28,794 nucleotides of DNA from the IMG/VR virus record IMGVR_UViG_3300016476_000766, positions 1 through 28,794 of that record; one strand, 5' to 3'. Numbering within the stretch: position 1 is the stretch's first letter; each line of letters starts with the position of its first letter. Of this stretch, positions 8,670-18,142 are shown piece by piece. The position numbers and the translations under genes were made by a program. Below the pieces are notes generated by a model. It was not told the DNA's origin. It made no database searches and saw only the letters and a list, made by a program, of their open reading frames with translations. Origin of the DNA: a virus. Its lineage: Duplodnaviria; Caudoviricetes.

Positions 8670-9076
8670 TGGCAGGCACCGCGTCAGATCTACACACACA
8701 ACTCGGTGTTCGACTAGCGACCGTTTCCGGTTTGCGCGTTGCCGATCATTTACCAGAACAGATCAACCCGCCGATCGCAGTGATTCAACTTCAGTCGGTC
8801 ACTTATCATCGTGCGATGAAAGGCGGACTGTCTGAATGGCAGTTTGTCATTTCGTGTGTCGCCGGTCGTATGGGCGATCGACAATCGCAACGAACACTTG
8901 ACACATGGATCAGTTATGACGGCAGCGGATCTATTCGCGCTGCGATCGAGGCTGACAAAACACTCGGCGGAAAAGCACAGTCGTTGATCGTCGCAGAGAT
9001 GGTCGGTGTGCGACCCGTCAGTTTAGGTGACGCCGCATATCTGTCCTGCGAGTTCAACGTCACCGTTCACGCATAG
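8669..9076 (+). CDS. Tail terminator / head-tail joining protein (putative)
   Basis: LATVSGLRV, PP-A, SIRAAIEADKTLGG patterns; position before tail tube gene. Confidence 0.7.
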   Translation: MAGTASDLHTQLGVRLATVSGLRVADHLPEQINPPIAVIQLQSVTYHRAMKGGLSEWQFVISCVAGRMGDRQSQRTLDTWISYDGSGSIRAAIEADKTLGGKAQSLIVAEMVGVRPVSLGDAAYLSCEFNVTVHA

Positions 9077-9083
9077 GAGAACT

Positions 9084-9263
9084 ATGAGCACCACATTCAA
9101 GATCGTCGGACCGTTACCTGTAGCGGAACGATTGCCAGGAGAGACGCTCAGCGAAGCAGATCTCGATGGTCTGGATATTTCTCACCTCATTGAGGCGGGA
9201 CATATCGCAGCAATAAAGAAAGGCCGCGAGGCCACCGAAACCCAACCCGAAGGGGAAAAGTAA
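9084..9263 (+). CDS. Small hypothetical virion protein (59 aa)
   Basis: AGGAG RBS before ATG 9084; fills gap between tail genes. Confidence 0.7.
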   Translation: MSTTFKIVGPLPVAERLPGETLSEADLDGLDISHLIEAGHIAAIKKGREATETQPEGEK

Positions 9264-9266
9264 AAC

Positions 9267-9671
9267 ATGGCTATTGTCATCACTCAAGCAAACGTGTCCG
9301 TCGGTGGCGTCGATCTGTCGTCGCACATCAGCAAGGTCACACTTTCAACAACTCGCGCCGAATTGGATACCACCACATTCGGTAATCGTGGCAAGCGTCG
9401 CGTCGCCGGTTTGGAAGACTCATCAATTGCGCTCGATTTTTTCCAAGATTTCAGCGCATCCCAGGTGGAAGCCACCCTCTATCCATTGGTCGGCTCGACA
9501 GCAACCATCGTTGTGAAACCAAACGGCACGACGACCGGCACCGCTAACCCGTCATACACCATGAGCGCACTCATCACCGAGTGGATGCCACTCGACGCAC
9601 AGGTCGGCGAACTTGCGTCAGCATCAATCACATGGCCCGTTGACGGAACAATCACGAAGGCAACGGTCTAG
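9267..9671 (+). CDS. Major tail (tube) protein
   Basis: VDLSSHI, TTTFG, VAGL, FFQDF, NPSYT, GELA..SITWPV pattern; position. Confidence 0.85.
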   Translation: MAIVITQANVSVGGVDLSSHISKVTLSTTRAELDTTTFGNRGKRRVAGLEDSSIALDFFQDFSASQVEATLYPLVGSTATIVVKPNGTTTGTANPSYTMSALITEWMPLDAQVGELASASITWPVDGTITKATV

Positions 9672-9673
9672 TC

Positions 9674-9949
9674 ATGGCTGCTCTCATGCGACTTACGGTT
9701 CAACCGTTAACGGGTGAATCGTATGAGATCACTGTCACCCCTGCCGTCATTGTCGCCGCTGAGCGTCATTTCGGTAAGGGCATGAATCAACTGTTCGGCG
9801 AAGCAATGTCATACGAGGCGCTTGCTTGGCTGGCTTGGAAGGGAACTCACCGCTCCGGTGCTGTCGTGAAACCATTCGACGAATGGTTGGACACGATTGA
9901 AGGCATTGAAGCGGGAGAAGAGAAACGTGTCCCTTTAGAGAGTCAATGA
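9674..9949 (+). CDS. Tail assembly chaperone (gpG-like)
   Basis: Follows tail tube gene; ends at a C CCT TTA slippery site. Confidence 0.8.
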   Translation: MAALMRLTVQPLTGESYEITVTPAVIVAAERHFGKGMNQLFGEAMSYEALAWLAWKGTHRSGAVVKPFDEWLDTIEGIEAGEEKRVPLESQ

Positions 9950-10080
9950 CGATGCTGGTCGCCCAGGTTGCTGTGGCGACCAGCATTTCGCCGAACGAGT
10001 TACTCACCACTCCTCCAGATGTGTTCTGGGCGATCGTCGCAGTGTTGAAAGAACAAGCGCGACAAAACTCGAAACGGTGA
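9931..10080 (+). CDS. -1 frameshift extension of tail assembly chaperone (gpGT-like)
   Basis: Slippery CCCTTTA 9931-9937; -1 frame reads PFRESMTMLVAQVAVATSISPNELLTTPPDVFWAIVAVLKEQARQNSKR; 12-bp stem 9952-9986 downstream. Confidence 0.75.
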   Translation, partial: PFRESMTMLVAQVAVATSISPNELLTTPPDVFWAIVAVLKEQARQNSKR

Positions 10081-10086
10081 ACCGTC

Positions 10087-10653
10087 ATGATTTTTAATGT
10101 CAATCGACGTGACGCATACAACGAAATTGATTTCGATGTCACGGTCAAAGATTATTCGCAATTTAAAAAACAACTGAAAGCCGCGAGTCCTGAACTGCGA
10201 CGTGAGATGGATCGTGAAATTCGATCAAATTTGACGCCGATAGCGACACTCGCGAAAAGTTATGTGCCTGACACGGTGATGCGTAACTGGCGTAAGACCG
10301 ACAATCCGAATGCTACGTGGGGACCACGTATCGGGTTCGATCAATCTGAAGTCAAGAAAAAGATTGCAGTTCGTCAAGGCGGCAGACGTGCACGCGGTAA
10401 CGCTACGCAGTCTGCATGGCGTGTCGTGAATCAATCAGGTGCCGGTGTTATTTACGAACTGGCTGGAAGTAAAACGGATGGAAGTGGTTTCAACGGACGT
10501 CAATTCGTTGAAAACATTCGCAATGTTGGCGGCAAGAAAACGTCGCGACTTATTTGGCGTGCATGGGATGAATCGCGTGGTGAGGAACAGATCACGCAGG
10601 ACATCAAGAACATCGTGCACAAATACGAAGCAATCCTTCAGCAATCTCTTTAG
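10087..10653 (+). CDS. Putative tail component (HK97 gp10-like neck/tail completion)
   Basis: Basic ORF between chaperone and tape measure; AGVIYELAG, SRLIWRAW; start uncertain. Confidence 0.6.
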   Translation: MIFNVNRRDAYNEIDFDVTVKDYSQFKKQLKAASPELRREMDREIRSNLTPIATLAKSYVPDTVMRNWRKTDNPNATWGPRIGFDQSEVKKKIAVRQGGRRARGNATQSAWRVVNQSGAGVIYELAGSKTDGSGFNGRQFVENIRNVGGKKTSRLIWRAWDESRGEEQITQDIKNIVHKYEAILQQSL

Positions 10654-10668
10654 GTAGGACTCACGCTC

Positions 10669-12840
10669 ATGGCTGTCGTTATCAACGTACTTTCAACATT
10701 CAGCGACGCCGGTCTGAAGGCTGCTCAAAAAGAACTTGACGATTTCTCAAAGAAAACTCAGACCAAATTAGGTCGCGTCGGTGACGCTGCTGGGAAGGTC
10801 GCTCTCGGTATCGGTGCAGGATTCGCTGCGGCCGGTGCTGGTCTATTTGCCGTAGGTCAATCGTTCGACGACGCATTCGACTCGATCCGTGTTGGAACGG
10901 GAGCGACTGGTGAAGCGCTCGCCGGATTACAAAATGATTTCAAAGCGGTTGTCTCTGAGGTTCCTGCATCATTCGGTGATGCGTCAGCGGCGATCACAGT
11001 CCTCAATCAGCGACTAGGACTTTCTGGTCAGCCGTTGCAGAAAATGTCTGAGCAGATGCTGACGTTGTCACGCATCACTGGCACTGAACTTGGTGCCAAT
11101 GTGGAATCTGTCGCGAAAGTTTTTCAGAACTTCGGTGTCGCTGCCGGAGATCAGTCAGGCAAACTCGACGTTCTGTTCCGTGCATCGCAGCAGTCTGGTG
11201 TGTCAGTGCAATCGCTGGCTGAAACGATGTCAGGTGCCGGTGTCGTCTTGCGTCAAGTTGGTCTCAACTTCGATCAGTCAACAGCGTTCATCGCTACTCT
11301 AGCGAAGGCCGGTGTTGATGCGTCCGATGTGATGCCTGCACTGTCTCGCACCCTCGCAACAGCAGCAAAGAACGGCAAAGACGCGAGCGTTGTTTTCTCA
11401 GAAACATTCAACAGCATCAAGAACGCAAAGAGTGACACTGACGCTGCCGGTGTTGCACTCGAAGTGTTCGGTGCGAAGGCTGGTCCACGATTGGCTGCAA
11501 TGATCCGCGAAGGCAAATTGTCTTTCGAAGAGATGCAGCAGGCGATCGTGTCAGGTTCTGACACGATCATCGGTGCCGGTGCTGAAACTGAAGACTTCGC
11601 TGAGAAGTTCACGCGTATGAAGAATCGTGTGATGGTTGCAGTCGAACCATTGGCGTCGAAAGTTTTCGGCGCTATCGGCGACGCAATGGACAAACTCGGA
11701 CCGAAAATTGAACAACTCACAAACTGGTTCAGTGAGAACGGTGACAAAGCAAAAATTTTGGCAGGTGTTCTCGGTGGTGTGATGGTCGCCGCGATCGGTG
11801 TCTACACCGTCGCTATGGCTCAGGCTGCAATAGCGACCATTGCTGCGACGTGGCCGATCCTCGCAGTCATCGCAGCAGCAGCAGCGGTCGTCGCAGCGAT
11901 CTATCTCGTCTGGACGAACTGGGACAAGATCTGGAATTGGATCAAAGATCATCCGGCCATCGCAGCGATCATCGCAGTTCTCGCTGCACCGATCGCAGCA
12001 ATGGTGTTGCTGATCGGTGCGATCAAATATCTGTGGGAAAACTGGCACTGGATATGGGATGCGATCAAAAACTTCACCCTTGAGGTTTGGAACAACTACA
12101 TCAAACCGGTGTGGGATCAGATCTACTTATTCATCGAAACCTACCTAGTGCCGTGGTTGAAATTCCTGTGGGATGTCGCCGGTCAGGTGTGGACGTGGAT
12201 CAGTGAGAGGATCAGTGAGGTTTGGAACAATGTGATCAAACCGATCTGGGACACACTCATGTTCTATGTGGAGAACGTGCTGATTCCAGGTTTCGGTTAT
12301 TTAAAGGACATCATCGTCACTGCGTTCAATATCGCAGTTGATGTGATCTCCTCTGCTTGGACAAACATTTCACGCATCTTCGATTTCATCAAAGGCGGAA
12401 TTTCACTTTTGATCAACGTGTTCGGATCGATCAAAGATGGAATCTCGAACGCATTCTCAACGATCTACGACCTCATCACATGGCCGTTCCGCACTGCGTT
12501 CAATTTCATTGCCGACGCGTGGAACAACACTGTCGGACAGTTGTCGTTCACCATGCCCGACTGGGTTCCTGTCATCGGCGGCAAAGGTTTCTCGATGCCG
12601 AAACTGCCAAAGTTTCATGACGGCGGCATTGTCCCTGGACCGGCTGGGAAAGAAATGCTCGCCATTTTGGAAGGCGGCGAAGTGGTCATTCCTCGCAACG
12701 CTGTACAAAACGGCGTCAGCGCAGGCGGCATCAACGTTGTCATCAACACTGTCGCCGGTGACCCGATCGAAATTGAACGAATCGTGATCGACGCTATCGC
12801 CCGTGCAAACCGGCGCGGTATGACAACACTGATGCCATGA
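10669..12840 (+). CDS. Tape measure protein
   Basis: 723 aa, Ala/Gly-rich helical; hydrophobic segments, periodic Trp repeats, C-terminal FHDGGIVPG...GEVVIP. Confidence 0.93.
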   Translation: MAVVINVLSTFSDAGLKAAQKELDDFSKKTQTKLGRVGDAAGKVALGIGAGFAAAGAGLFAVGQSFDDAFDSIRVGTGATGEALAGLQNDFKAVVSEVPASFGDASAAITVLNQRLGLSGQPLQKMSEQMLTLSRITGTELGANVESVAKVFQNFGVAAGDQSGKLDVLFRASQQSGVSVQSLAETMSGAGVVLRQVGLNFDQSTAFIATLAKAGVDASDVMPALSRTLATAAKNGKDASVVFSETFNSIKNAKSDTDAAGVALEVFGAKAGPRLAAMIREGKLSFEEMQQAIVSGSDTIIGAGAETEDFAEKFTRMKNRVMVAVEPLASKVFGAIGDAMDKLGPKIEQLTNWFSENGDKAKILAGVLGGVMVAAIGVYTVAMAQAAIATIAATWPILAVIAAAAAVVAAIYLVWTNWDKIWNWIKDHPAIAAIIAVLAAPIAAMVLLIGAIKYLWENWHWIWDAIKNFTLEVWNNYIKPVWDQIYLFIETYLVPWLKFLWDVAGQVWTWISERISEVWNNVIKPIWDTLMFYVENVLIPGFGYLKDIIVTAFNIAVDVISSAWTNISRIFDFIKGGISLLINVFGSIKDGISNAFSTIYDLITWPFRTAFNFIADAWNNTVGQLSFTMPDWVPVIGGKGFSMPKLPKFHDGGIVPGPAGKEMLAILEGGEVVIPRNAVQNGVSAGGINVVINTVAGDPIEIERIVIDAIARANRRGMTTLMP

Positions 12841-14327
12841 CAGCGAACCTACCGACAATCGAAGTTTTGTTTGCACCATCCGTCATCGGATCAGGTGCAG
12901 GGAACCGTTTCGTATTGAACGTGTCACAACTTGACACCGGCACATTAGGAGACGGCTCATTCTTCTATGACATCTCACAATTTGTGCGGTCATTTTCGAT
13001 TAGTCGCGGACGACGAAACGACCTCGAAAAGTTCACTACCGGCACAGCACAAATCGTTTTATCAAACCTCGATCGACGATTTGATCCGTCGAACACATCG
13101 AGCCCGTATTACAACTCGACGCTCGGTGTCACCGGCGTAGTCCCCTCAATTCCGATCATTGTGCGTGCAACATGGGCAGGTGTCACCTATCCGATGTTCC
13201 GCGGATTTATCGATTCATGGGCATTCGACTACTCAGGGTCCATCGGGGACGCCACCGCAACAATTAGTTGTTCGGACGCATTCAAAGTTTTATCGAATGT
13301 GATTGGCGGTTTGCCGTCGGCGACAACGATTACGTCAACATCGAACACAACTTTTGATGTTGCGGTAACTGTGCCGATTCCAGGGTCAGGTTCAATCGGC
13401 CCTATTGGTGGTGCGAGTGTCGTCGACGAGACGGCATCGACTGGCAGCGCCGACGTGGTCAACAATGTTGAGCAGACACCTTTGATCGGCACTGCAGGCG
13501 ACCTGCCTGGTCAACGAATCAAAACGATTTTGGATGCGATTTCGTGGCCGGACAATTTGCGATCGATCGACACTGGTGAAACTCGTCTGGCTGTGCAGAA
13601 CGCTGGCAACTCTGTTTTGCAGATGTTGCAGGAGGTCGCTGATACCGAGTCGGGCGCTATTTACGTCGACGCTGACGGCACTGTCATTTTCGATGATCGT
13701 GTCTCTATCGTCACTGAGTCTCGCACTATTACGTCGCAGGCGACGTTCGATACGACGACCGGTTCCGGTAAGGAATTCGCTGATGTTGAACTCACCTATG
13801 ACGATGACCTGATTTACAACATCGTCAGAGTTAATCGTAAGCAGACGACTGCGGCGGGTGGTGATTCGTTCACTGGCACGACTGTGATTGTTAGCAATCC
13901 GGAGTCGATCAGTTTGTATGGTGCTCGCACGCTTGCTTTGGAGTTGCCGTTGCCGAGTTCGTATGGTGGCGATTCCACGTATGGTCAGGCGCGTGCTACA
14001 GATATTGCGACAGCGTTGACGGCACAGTATGCGAATCCGGAGTTGAGACCGACATCGTTGACGTTTAAGCCGTTAGGTAATCCATCTGTTTTGTGGCCGG
14101 ACATGCTCGGTCGCAGATTGCGTGATCGTGTGACTGTGAAGTTCAACGTTCCAGGTGGCGGTGCGGCTTTACAAACTGACGCGTTTATCGGTTCTATTCG
14201 ACATCAGGGTTCTCCTAATGATTGGACAACATCTTTCGGTTTGATTTCGGCGTCGTTCTTTTCGAACTTTTTGATTTTGGATAATTCGACGTTTGGAACT
14301 TTGAACAACAACTTGTTGTTCTACTAA
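12837..14327 (+). CDS. Minor tail protein (distal tail/hub)
   Basis: ISRGRR, LSNLDRRFDP, FRGFIDSW, CSDAF; ATGA coupling to TMP. Confidence 0.8.
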   Translation: MTANLPTIEVLFAPSVIGSGAGNRFVLNVSQLDTGTLGDGSFFYDISQFVRSFSISRGRRNDLEKFTTGTAQIVLSNLDRRFDPSNTSSPYYNSTLGVTGVVPSIPIIVRATWAGVTYPMFRGFIDSWAFDYSGSIGDATATISCSDAFKVLSNVIGGLPSATTITSTSNTTFDVAVTVPIPGSGSIGPIGGASVVDETASTGSADVVNNVEQTPLIGTAGDLPGQRIKTILDAISWPDNLRSIDTGETRLAVQNAGNSVLQMLQEVADTESGAIYVDADGTVIFDDRVSIVTESRTITSQATFDTTTGSGKEFADVELTYDDDLIYNIVRVNRKQTTAAGGDSFTGTTVIVSNPESISLYGARTLALELPLPSSYGGDSTYGQARATDIATALTAQYANPELRPTSLTFKPLGNPSVLWPDMLGRRLRDRVTVKFNVPGGGAALQTDAFIGSIRHQGSPNDWTTSFGLISASFFSNFLILDNSTFGTLNNNLLFY

Positions 14328-14345
14328 TTAGCAAAGGGGACCACA

Positions 14346-14963
14346 ATGGGTTCAGGATTCAAAACATTCACGGCCGGTTCGGTGCTCACTGCAAGCGACG
14401 TGAACAACTATCTGATGGAGCAATCCGTGATGGTGTTCGCAAACGCCGCCGCGCGTGATGCCGCAATAACTGCGCCGGAACGTGGAATGATCGTGTTCCT
14501 TTCCGACAGCGGTTCGGTGTTGGTTTATTACGGCGCAACTACCGGTTGGCGACCGCCGTGGAATCAGGCTTGGGGAACAGTTTCGGCGCAAACATATTCA
14601 ACACAACAAACCGGAAATTTTACGCAAACGTATTCGGTGGACATTGTGTTGAATCGCCGTTATATGCTCACAATGACATCACAATTCCGAAACAACACCG
14701 ACGCGTGCGGCATTAACTTTAGTAGCGTTTTTGATGGCACAACGAGTGCGGCTCTTACTGCAACTGTTCCCGGTGCGAACCGTGAAATGGTCGCAAACAT
14801 GATCCACTTTTACACGGCGGGATCAACCAAAACTGCAAACGTCGGATTCACCATCAGTCTCGCAAACGGTGGCGTTTTCACATTCAATCCGACCGGATTC
14901 GCACCCACCTATTTCACGGTTCAAGATATTGGACCAGCGACGACAACCGCACCGGCATCATAG
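14346..14963 (+). CDS. Minor tail / tail fibre (receptor-binding candidate)
   Basis: N-terminal FTAGSVLTASDVNNYL...FANAAARDAAI anchor typical of actinophage tail fibres; beta-rich C-terminus. Confidence 0.75.
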   Translation: MGSGFKTFTAGSVLTASDVNNYLMEQSVMVFANAAARDAAITAPERGMIVFLSDSGSVLVYYGATTGWRPPWNQAWGTVSAQTYSTQQTGNFTQTYSVDIVLNRRYMLTMTSQFRNNTDACGINFSSVFDGTTSAALTATVPGANREMVANMIHFYTAGSTKTANVGFTISLANGGVFTFNPTGFAPTYFTVQDIGPATTTAPAS

Positions 14964-14972
14964 GAATGACTC

Positions 14973-15113
14973 ATGAACGATTTTGATTCCCCATATTTGG
15001 ATCATGGTGTTGTTCCGTTGATCGCCAGCGATGAGGATTTGGAAAACATCCCCGATCCGAACACGTCCGGTCAAATGATTGGCGAACCATTGCCTGACGA
15101 TTGGACACCGTGA
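14973..15113 (+). CDS. Small acidic hypothetical protein (46 aa, not in ORF track)
   Basis: MNDFDSPYLDHGVVPLIASDEDLENIPDPNTSGQMIGEPLPDDWTP; AGGA RBS; TGATG coupling to lysin. Confidence 0.6.
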   Translation: MNDFDSPYLDHGVVPLIASDEDLENIPDPNTSGQMIGEPLPDDWTP

Positions 15114-15775
15114 TGGCAACCGTTGATGAAACTTTGAATGTTGCGCGTTCGTTTTTGGGCGAAGGTCCGGACCGTTTTTGTCGCTGGTATCCCGCTCCGG
15201 TCTCAACACCGTGGTGCGCGATCTTTCAATCGTATGTTTTGACCGCCACCGGACAGCCATTGCGTTACGCATGGGTTTCCGGAATGTTCGACGCATACCG
15301 CGCGCAAGGTCGTTGCACAAAAGATGTGCGTTCAGCGCAGCCAGGCGACCTCGTCGCATTCGACTATGGCGAACCGAACGGCGGTTACGACCACATCGCA
15401 ATGGTGGAGTCGAACACTGGCGACGGTTTGGTTTGCATCGATGGCAACTGGCAAAACCGTGTGCAACGTGTGTTCCGACGTTTCGACCGCTCTGGTTACG
15501 CCGGAGGCATCGCAGAAATTGCGAAACCGTTCTACACCCAACCATCCCCAACACCTACACCTGACGAGGACGACGACATGAAATCAATTCTTTTACTTGA
15601 TCGAACGATCAATCCTGGACGTGTGTATCACGCGTGCGGAAACACAAAAGTTGCATTAACCGACTGGAAGCAAGTTCAAGCACTGCAATTTTTAGGTGTG
15701 CAACTTGTCGATCCGGCACCCGCCGACTGGCTGAACGCATTAGCGACACTGCCACGCAATGATGGTGTGGTGTGA
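15113..15775 (+). CDS. Endolysin, CHAP/NlpC-P60 cysteine peptidase
   Basis: PWCAIF catalytic Cys, PGDLVAFD, DHIAMVE, IDGN; Pro/Thr linker then C-terminal domain. Confidence 0.88.
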   Translation: MATVDETLNVARSFLGEGPDRFCRWYPAPVSTPWCAIFQSYVLTATGQPLRYAWVSGMFDAYRAQGRCTKDVRSAQPGDLVAFDYGEPNGGYDHIAMVESNTGDGLVCIDGNWQNRVQRVFRRFDRSGYAGGIAEIAKPFYTQPSPTPTPDEDDDMKSILLLDRTINPGRVYHACGNTKVALTDWKQVQALQFLGVQLVDPAPADWLNALATLPRNDGVV

Positions 15776-15778
15776 TTC

Positions 15779-16075
15779 ATGTTCGCTCAAACAATCACAG
15801 ACTCGCCAGGTTTCGGTGCGGCTGAGGTTGTTGCGATATTGACCGCAGTCGCGGTTGTTGTAGGTGCAGTGACGACACTGATCGTTCAAGTGTTGAAACT
15901 TCGACGCGAGAACACCGATCAACACGCCGAGTCTCGTCAGATCGTGACAGATGTCAGAGATCGTCTCCTCGATCTGCATTCGTCGGTGAACAGAGTTGAT
16001 TCGAAAGTTGAAGATGTGGCCGATCGGTTAGATCGTCACGAACAGTTGCATCATCGATCTCGACGTCGCTGGTGA
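15779..16075 (+). CDS. Single-pass membrane protein with coiled coil (lysis-associated)
   Basis: One TM helix then RRENTDQH and heptad region; follows lysin. Confidence 0.7.
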   Translation: MFAQTITDSPGFGAAEVVAILTAVAVVVGAVTTLIVQVLKLRRENTDQHAESRQIVTDVRDRLLDLHSSVNRVDSKVEDVADRLDRHEQLHHRSRRRW

Positions 16076-16087
16076 AAAGGCGGGATA

Positions 16088-16918
16088 ATGACTGACAGTT
16101 GTGAAAGGCGCGGAGAGTCGCGCACGCATTTGGTGATTCCGGACACGCAAGCAAAACCGAACGTTCCGACGGTGCATTTGGAATGGGTTGGTGCGTACAT
16201 CGTGGAACGCAAACCGTCAGTCATCATCCATTTAGGTGATCACGCCGACATGCCGTCGTTGTCATCGTATGACGTTGGCAAGAAGGTTTTCGAGGGTCGC
16301 CGGTACAGAGCAGATGTTGAAGCGGCGAACGAAGCGTTCGACATTCTTTGCAAGCCTTTAGCCGACCATAATCGTAAGCAGCGTGAGGCGAAGCATGCTC
16401 AGTATTTACCTGAGCGGCATTTGTTGCTCGGTAATCATGAGGAACGAATTCTTCGCGCTGTTAATGATGATGCGAAATTGGATGGGACTATCGGTCTCGA
16501 TGATCTGAATTATGCCGAGCACGGTTGGATTGTTCATCCGTTTTTAGAACCTGTCGAGATTGACGGTGTCTGGTACGCGCATTATTGGGCGAACCCGATG
16601 TCGGGTCGACCGTTCGGCGGTAACGCGACGACTCGTCTTAAGACGATCGGTCATTCGTTCACGATGGGTCATCAGCAAACTTTGGATTATGCGCTGCGCT
16701 TCGTCGCCGGACGTTCCCAACATGGACTTGTTGCCGGTGCCTGCTATTTGCACGACGAGGACTACAAGGGTCCGCAAGGCAACGCTCATTGGCGCGGCAT
16801 CATCGTCAAACATCAAGTCGAACATGGATCCTATGACCCGATGTTCGTTTCTCTTGAGTATCTGTGTCGTCGATATGAGGGCGTCACACTCGAAAAATTC
16901 ACACAAAAGATCTTCTAA
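16088..16918 (+). CDS. Calcineurin-like metallophosphoesterase
   Basis: VIPDTQ, LGDHAD, GNHE, MGHQQ metal-binding motifs. Confidence 0.88.
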   Translation: MTDSCERRGESRTHLVIPDTQAKPNVPTVHLEWVGAYIVERKPSVIIHLGDHADMPSLSSYDVGKKVFEGRRYRADVEAANEAFDILCKPLADHNRKQREAKHAQYLPERHLLLGNHEERILRAVNDDAKLDGTIGLDDLNYAEHGWIVHPFLEPVEIDGVWYAHYWANPMSGRPFGGNATTRLKTIGHSFTMGHQQTLDYALRFVAGRSQHGLVAGACYLHDEDYKGPQGNAHWRGIIVKHQVEHGSYDPMFVSLEYLCRRYEGVTLEKFTQKIF

Positions 16919-16933
16919 GCAGGGAGCAAAACA

Positions 16934-17356
16934 ATGGGATCACGGGACAGCAATCCTGATCAACTCGACGACGGAGTTCCGAACATTCTTCTCGACGCGT
17001 TCGCGTTGACGCAGGGTGATCGAAACTCTGCATACGGACCATTTCATGAGGATTATGCGCGAGTCGCACGCACGTTCCGTGCGTTGACCGACAGTGACGG
17101 TGAGCCGATGCTGATGGATTCGGCTGCCGGATGTTTATGGATGGTGATCGTCAAACTTGGTCGCACTGTGTACAAGATGCAGACGGGTGTTGCGTATGAA
17201 AACCCTCAGACAGTCCAGGACGATTTGACTGACGCTGCCGGTTACCTGCGTGGCATCTTCGAATGTTTGCATCAGCCTGAAGATTTTTATGCGTTAGAGG
17301 ACTATGACGACGACGCAGAAGAGGGCGACGAAGAGTACGAGGATGATGATGAGTGA
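16934..17356 (+). CDS. DUF6378-like protein (all-alpha, nucleotide pyrophosphatase-related fold suspected) with acidic tail
   Basis: ILLDAFALTQGDRNSAYG, MVIVKLGR, DDLTDAAGY pattern. Confidence 0.65.
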   Translation: MGSRDSNPDQLDDGVPNILLDAFALTQGDRNSAYGPFHEDYARVARTFRALTDSDGEPMLMDSAAGCLWMVIVKLGRTVYKMQTGVAYENPQTVQDDLTDAAGYLRGIFECLHQPEDFYALEDYDDDAEEGDEEYEDDDE

Positions 17357-17597
17357 GCAGTCATGGTCGCTCATCATTCTCGCCGCTGAGATCGTTGGTC
17401 TTGGTGCGATGCGGTTGCTGATCGGTGAACGCAAATTGTGGTGGGGGTGGCTTGTCGTGGTCGCTTCTGTTTCTTTGCCGTGGCTGATCTATTCGATCTC
17501 GACTTGGAAGGTCGGGTTTGTTGTTTTGTCGCTGTTGTGGTTGTCAGTGCATTTGTCGAATGCGGTGACGTGGAAAAAACGAGGCGATGTCGTATGA
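17349..17597 (+). CDS. Small 3-TM membrane protein, PnuC-like
   Basis: LIGERKLWWGWLV, WLIYSI..W.VGF, N..TWK pattern like phage PnuC-like proteins; start is one of three tandem ATGs (17343-17349). Confidence 0.6.
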   Translation: MSEQSWSLIILAAEIVGLGAMRLLIGERKLWWGWLVVVASVSLPWLIYSISTWKVGFVVLSLLWLSVHLSNAVTWKKRGDVV

Positions 17598-17719
17598 CGA
17601 TTGTTATTGAACCTGATGTGATCGAACGTCCTGATGTTGTTGAGGAAGAGATCGATCCTGACGATTTGGAATTTGAAGACCCTCCGGCTTTGCCGGACCG
17701 ACCGAACTGGGATGTGTGA
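17594..17719 (+). CDS. Small acidic hypothetical peptide (41 aa)
   Basis: MTIVIEPDVIERPDVVEEEIDPDDLEFEDPPALPDRPNWDV; GAGG RBS; coupled overlaps on both sides. Confidence 0.55.
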   Translation: MTIVIEPDVIERPDVVEEEIDPDDLEFEDPPALPDRPNWDV

Positions 17720-18006
17720 TGACTGCATTGCCGATGGATGCAAAATTTTGGAAGGCTGCTTTTGAGCGTGCGGTGAAGACCGCTGTGCAGGCAGTTGTGT
17801 TAGCGATCGGCGCTGCGCAGGGTGCTGCGTTGTTCGCTCTTGATTGGAAGAATGTGGCTGGCGCTGCGTTGGGTGGAGCGGCGGTGTCGTTGTTGACGTC
17901 GCTGATTTCGTTACCGATTGGGCCTGCTGATTCGCCTTCGTTGATCTCCGAACCTGCAACAACGACGTCCCCTGCTGCGTCGTCGATTGGTAAAACCGTC
18001 GACTGA
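17716..18006 (+). CDS. Holin, r1t family
   Basis: FWKAAFERAVKTAVQA, LDW, VSLLTSL, PIGPADSPSL motifs. Confidence 0.85.
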   Translation: MMTALPMDAKFWKAAFERAVKTAVQAVVLAIGAAQGAALFALDWKNVAGAALGGAAVSLLTSLISLPIGPADSPSLISEPATTTSPAASSIGKTVD

Positions 18007-18043
18007 GTTCGACTGTGTAGTAATTAGGCCAGGTTCGGCTGCT

Positions 18044-18095
18044 AAGTCCCCCACCTGCTCGCGTTGATTCGTCGAGTCGAGGTGGGGGACTTTTC
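18044..18095 (+). terminator. Intrinsic terminator-like hairpin after holin (end of RNA unit 1)
   Basis: AAGTCCCCCACCT (18044-18056) / AGGTGGGGGACTT (18080-18092) followed by T-rich tail. Confidence 0.7.
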
Positions 18096-18142
18096 GCGTT
18101 TAGGTGCGCTTGTTGTGTCACGGCGGTCGGTACTGTCGGTGT

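Noticed and set aside
11900-12530. Repeated Trp-containing motifs and GATCAGTGAG duplication
   Set aside because: Ordinary tape measure protein periodicity
14346-14963. Diversity-generating retroelement target in the tail fibre
   Set aside because: No reverse transcriptase and no template/variable repeat pair seen
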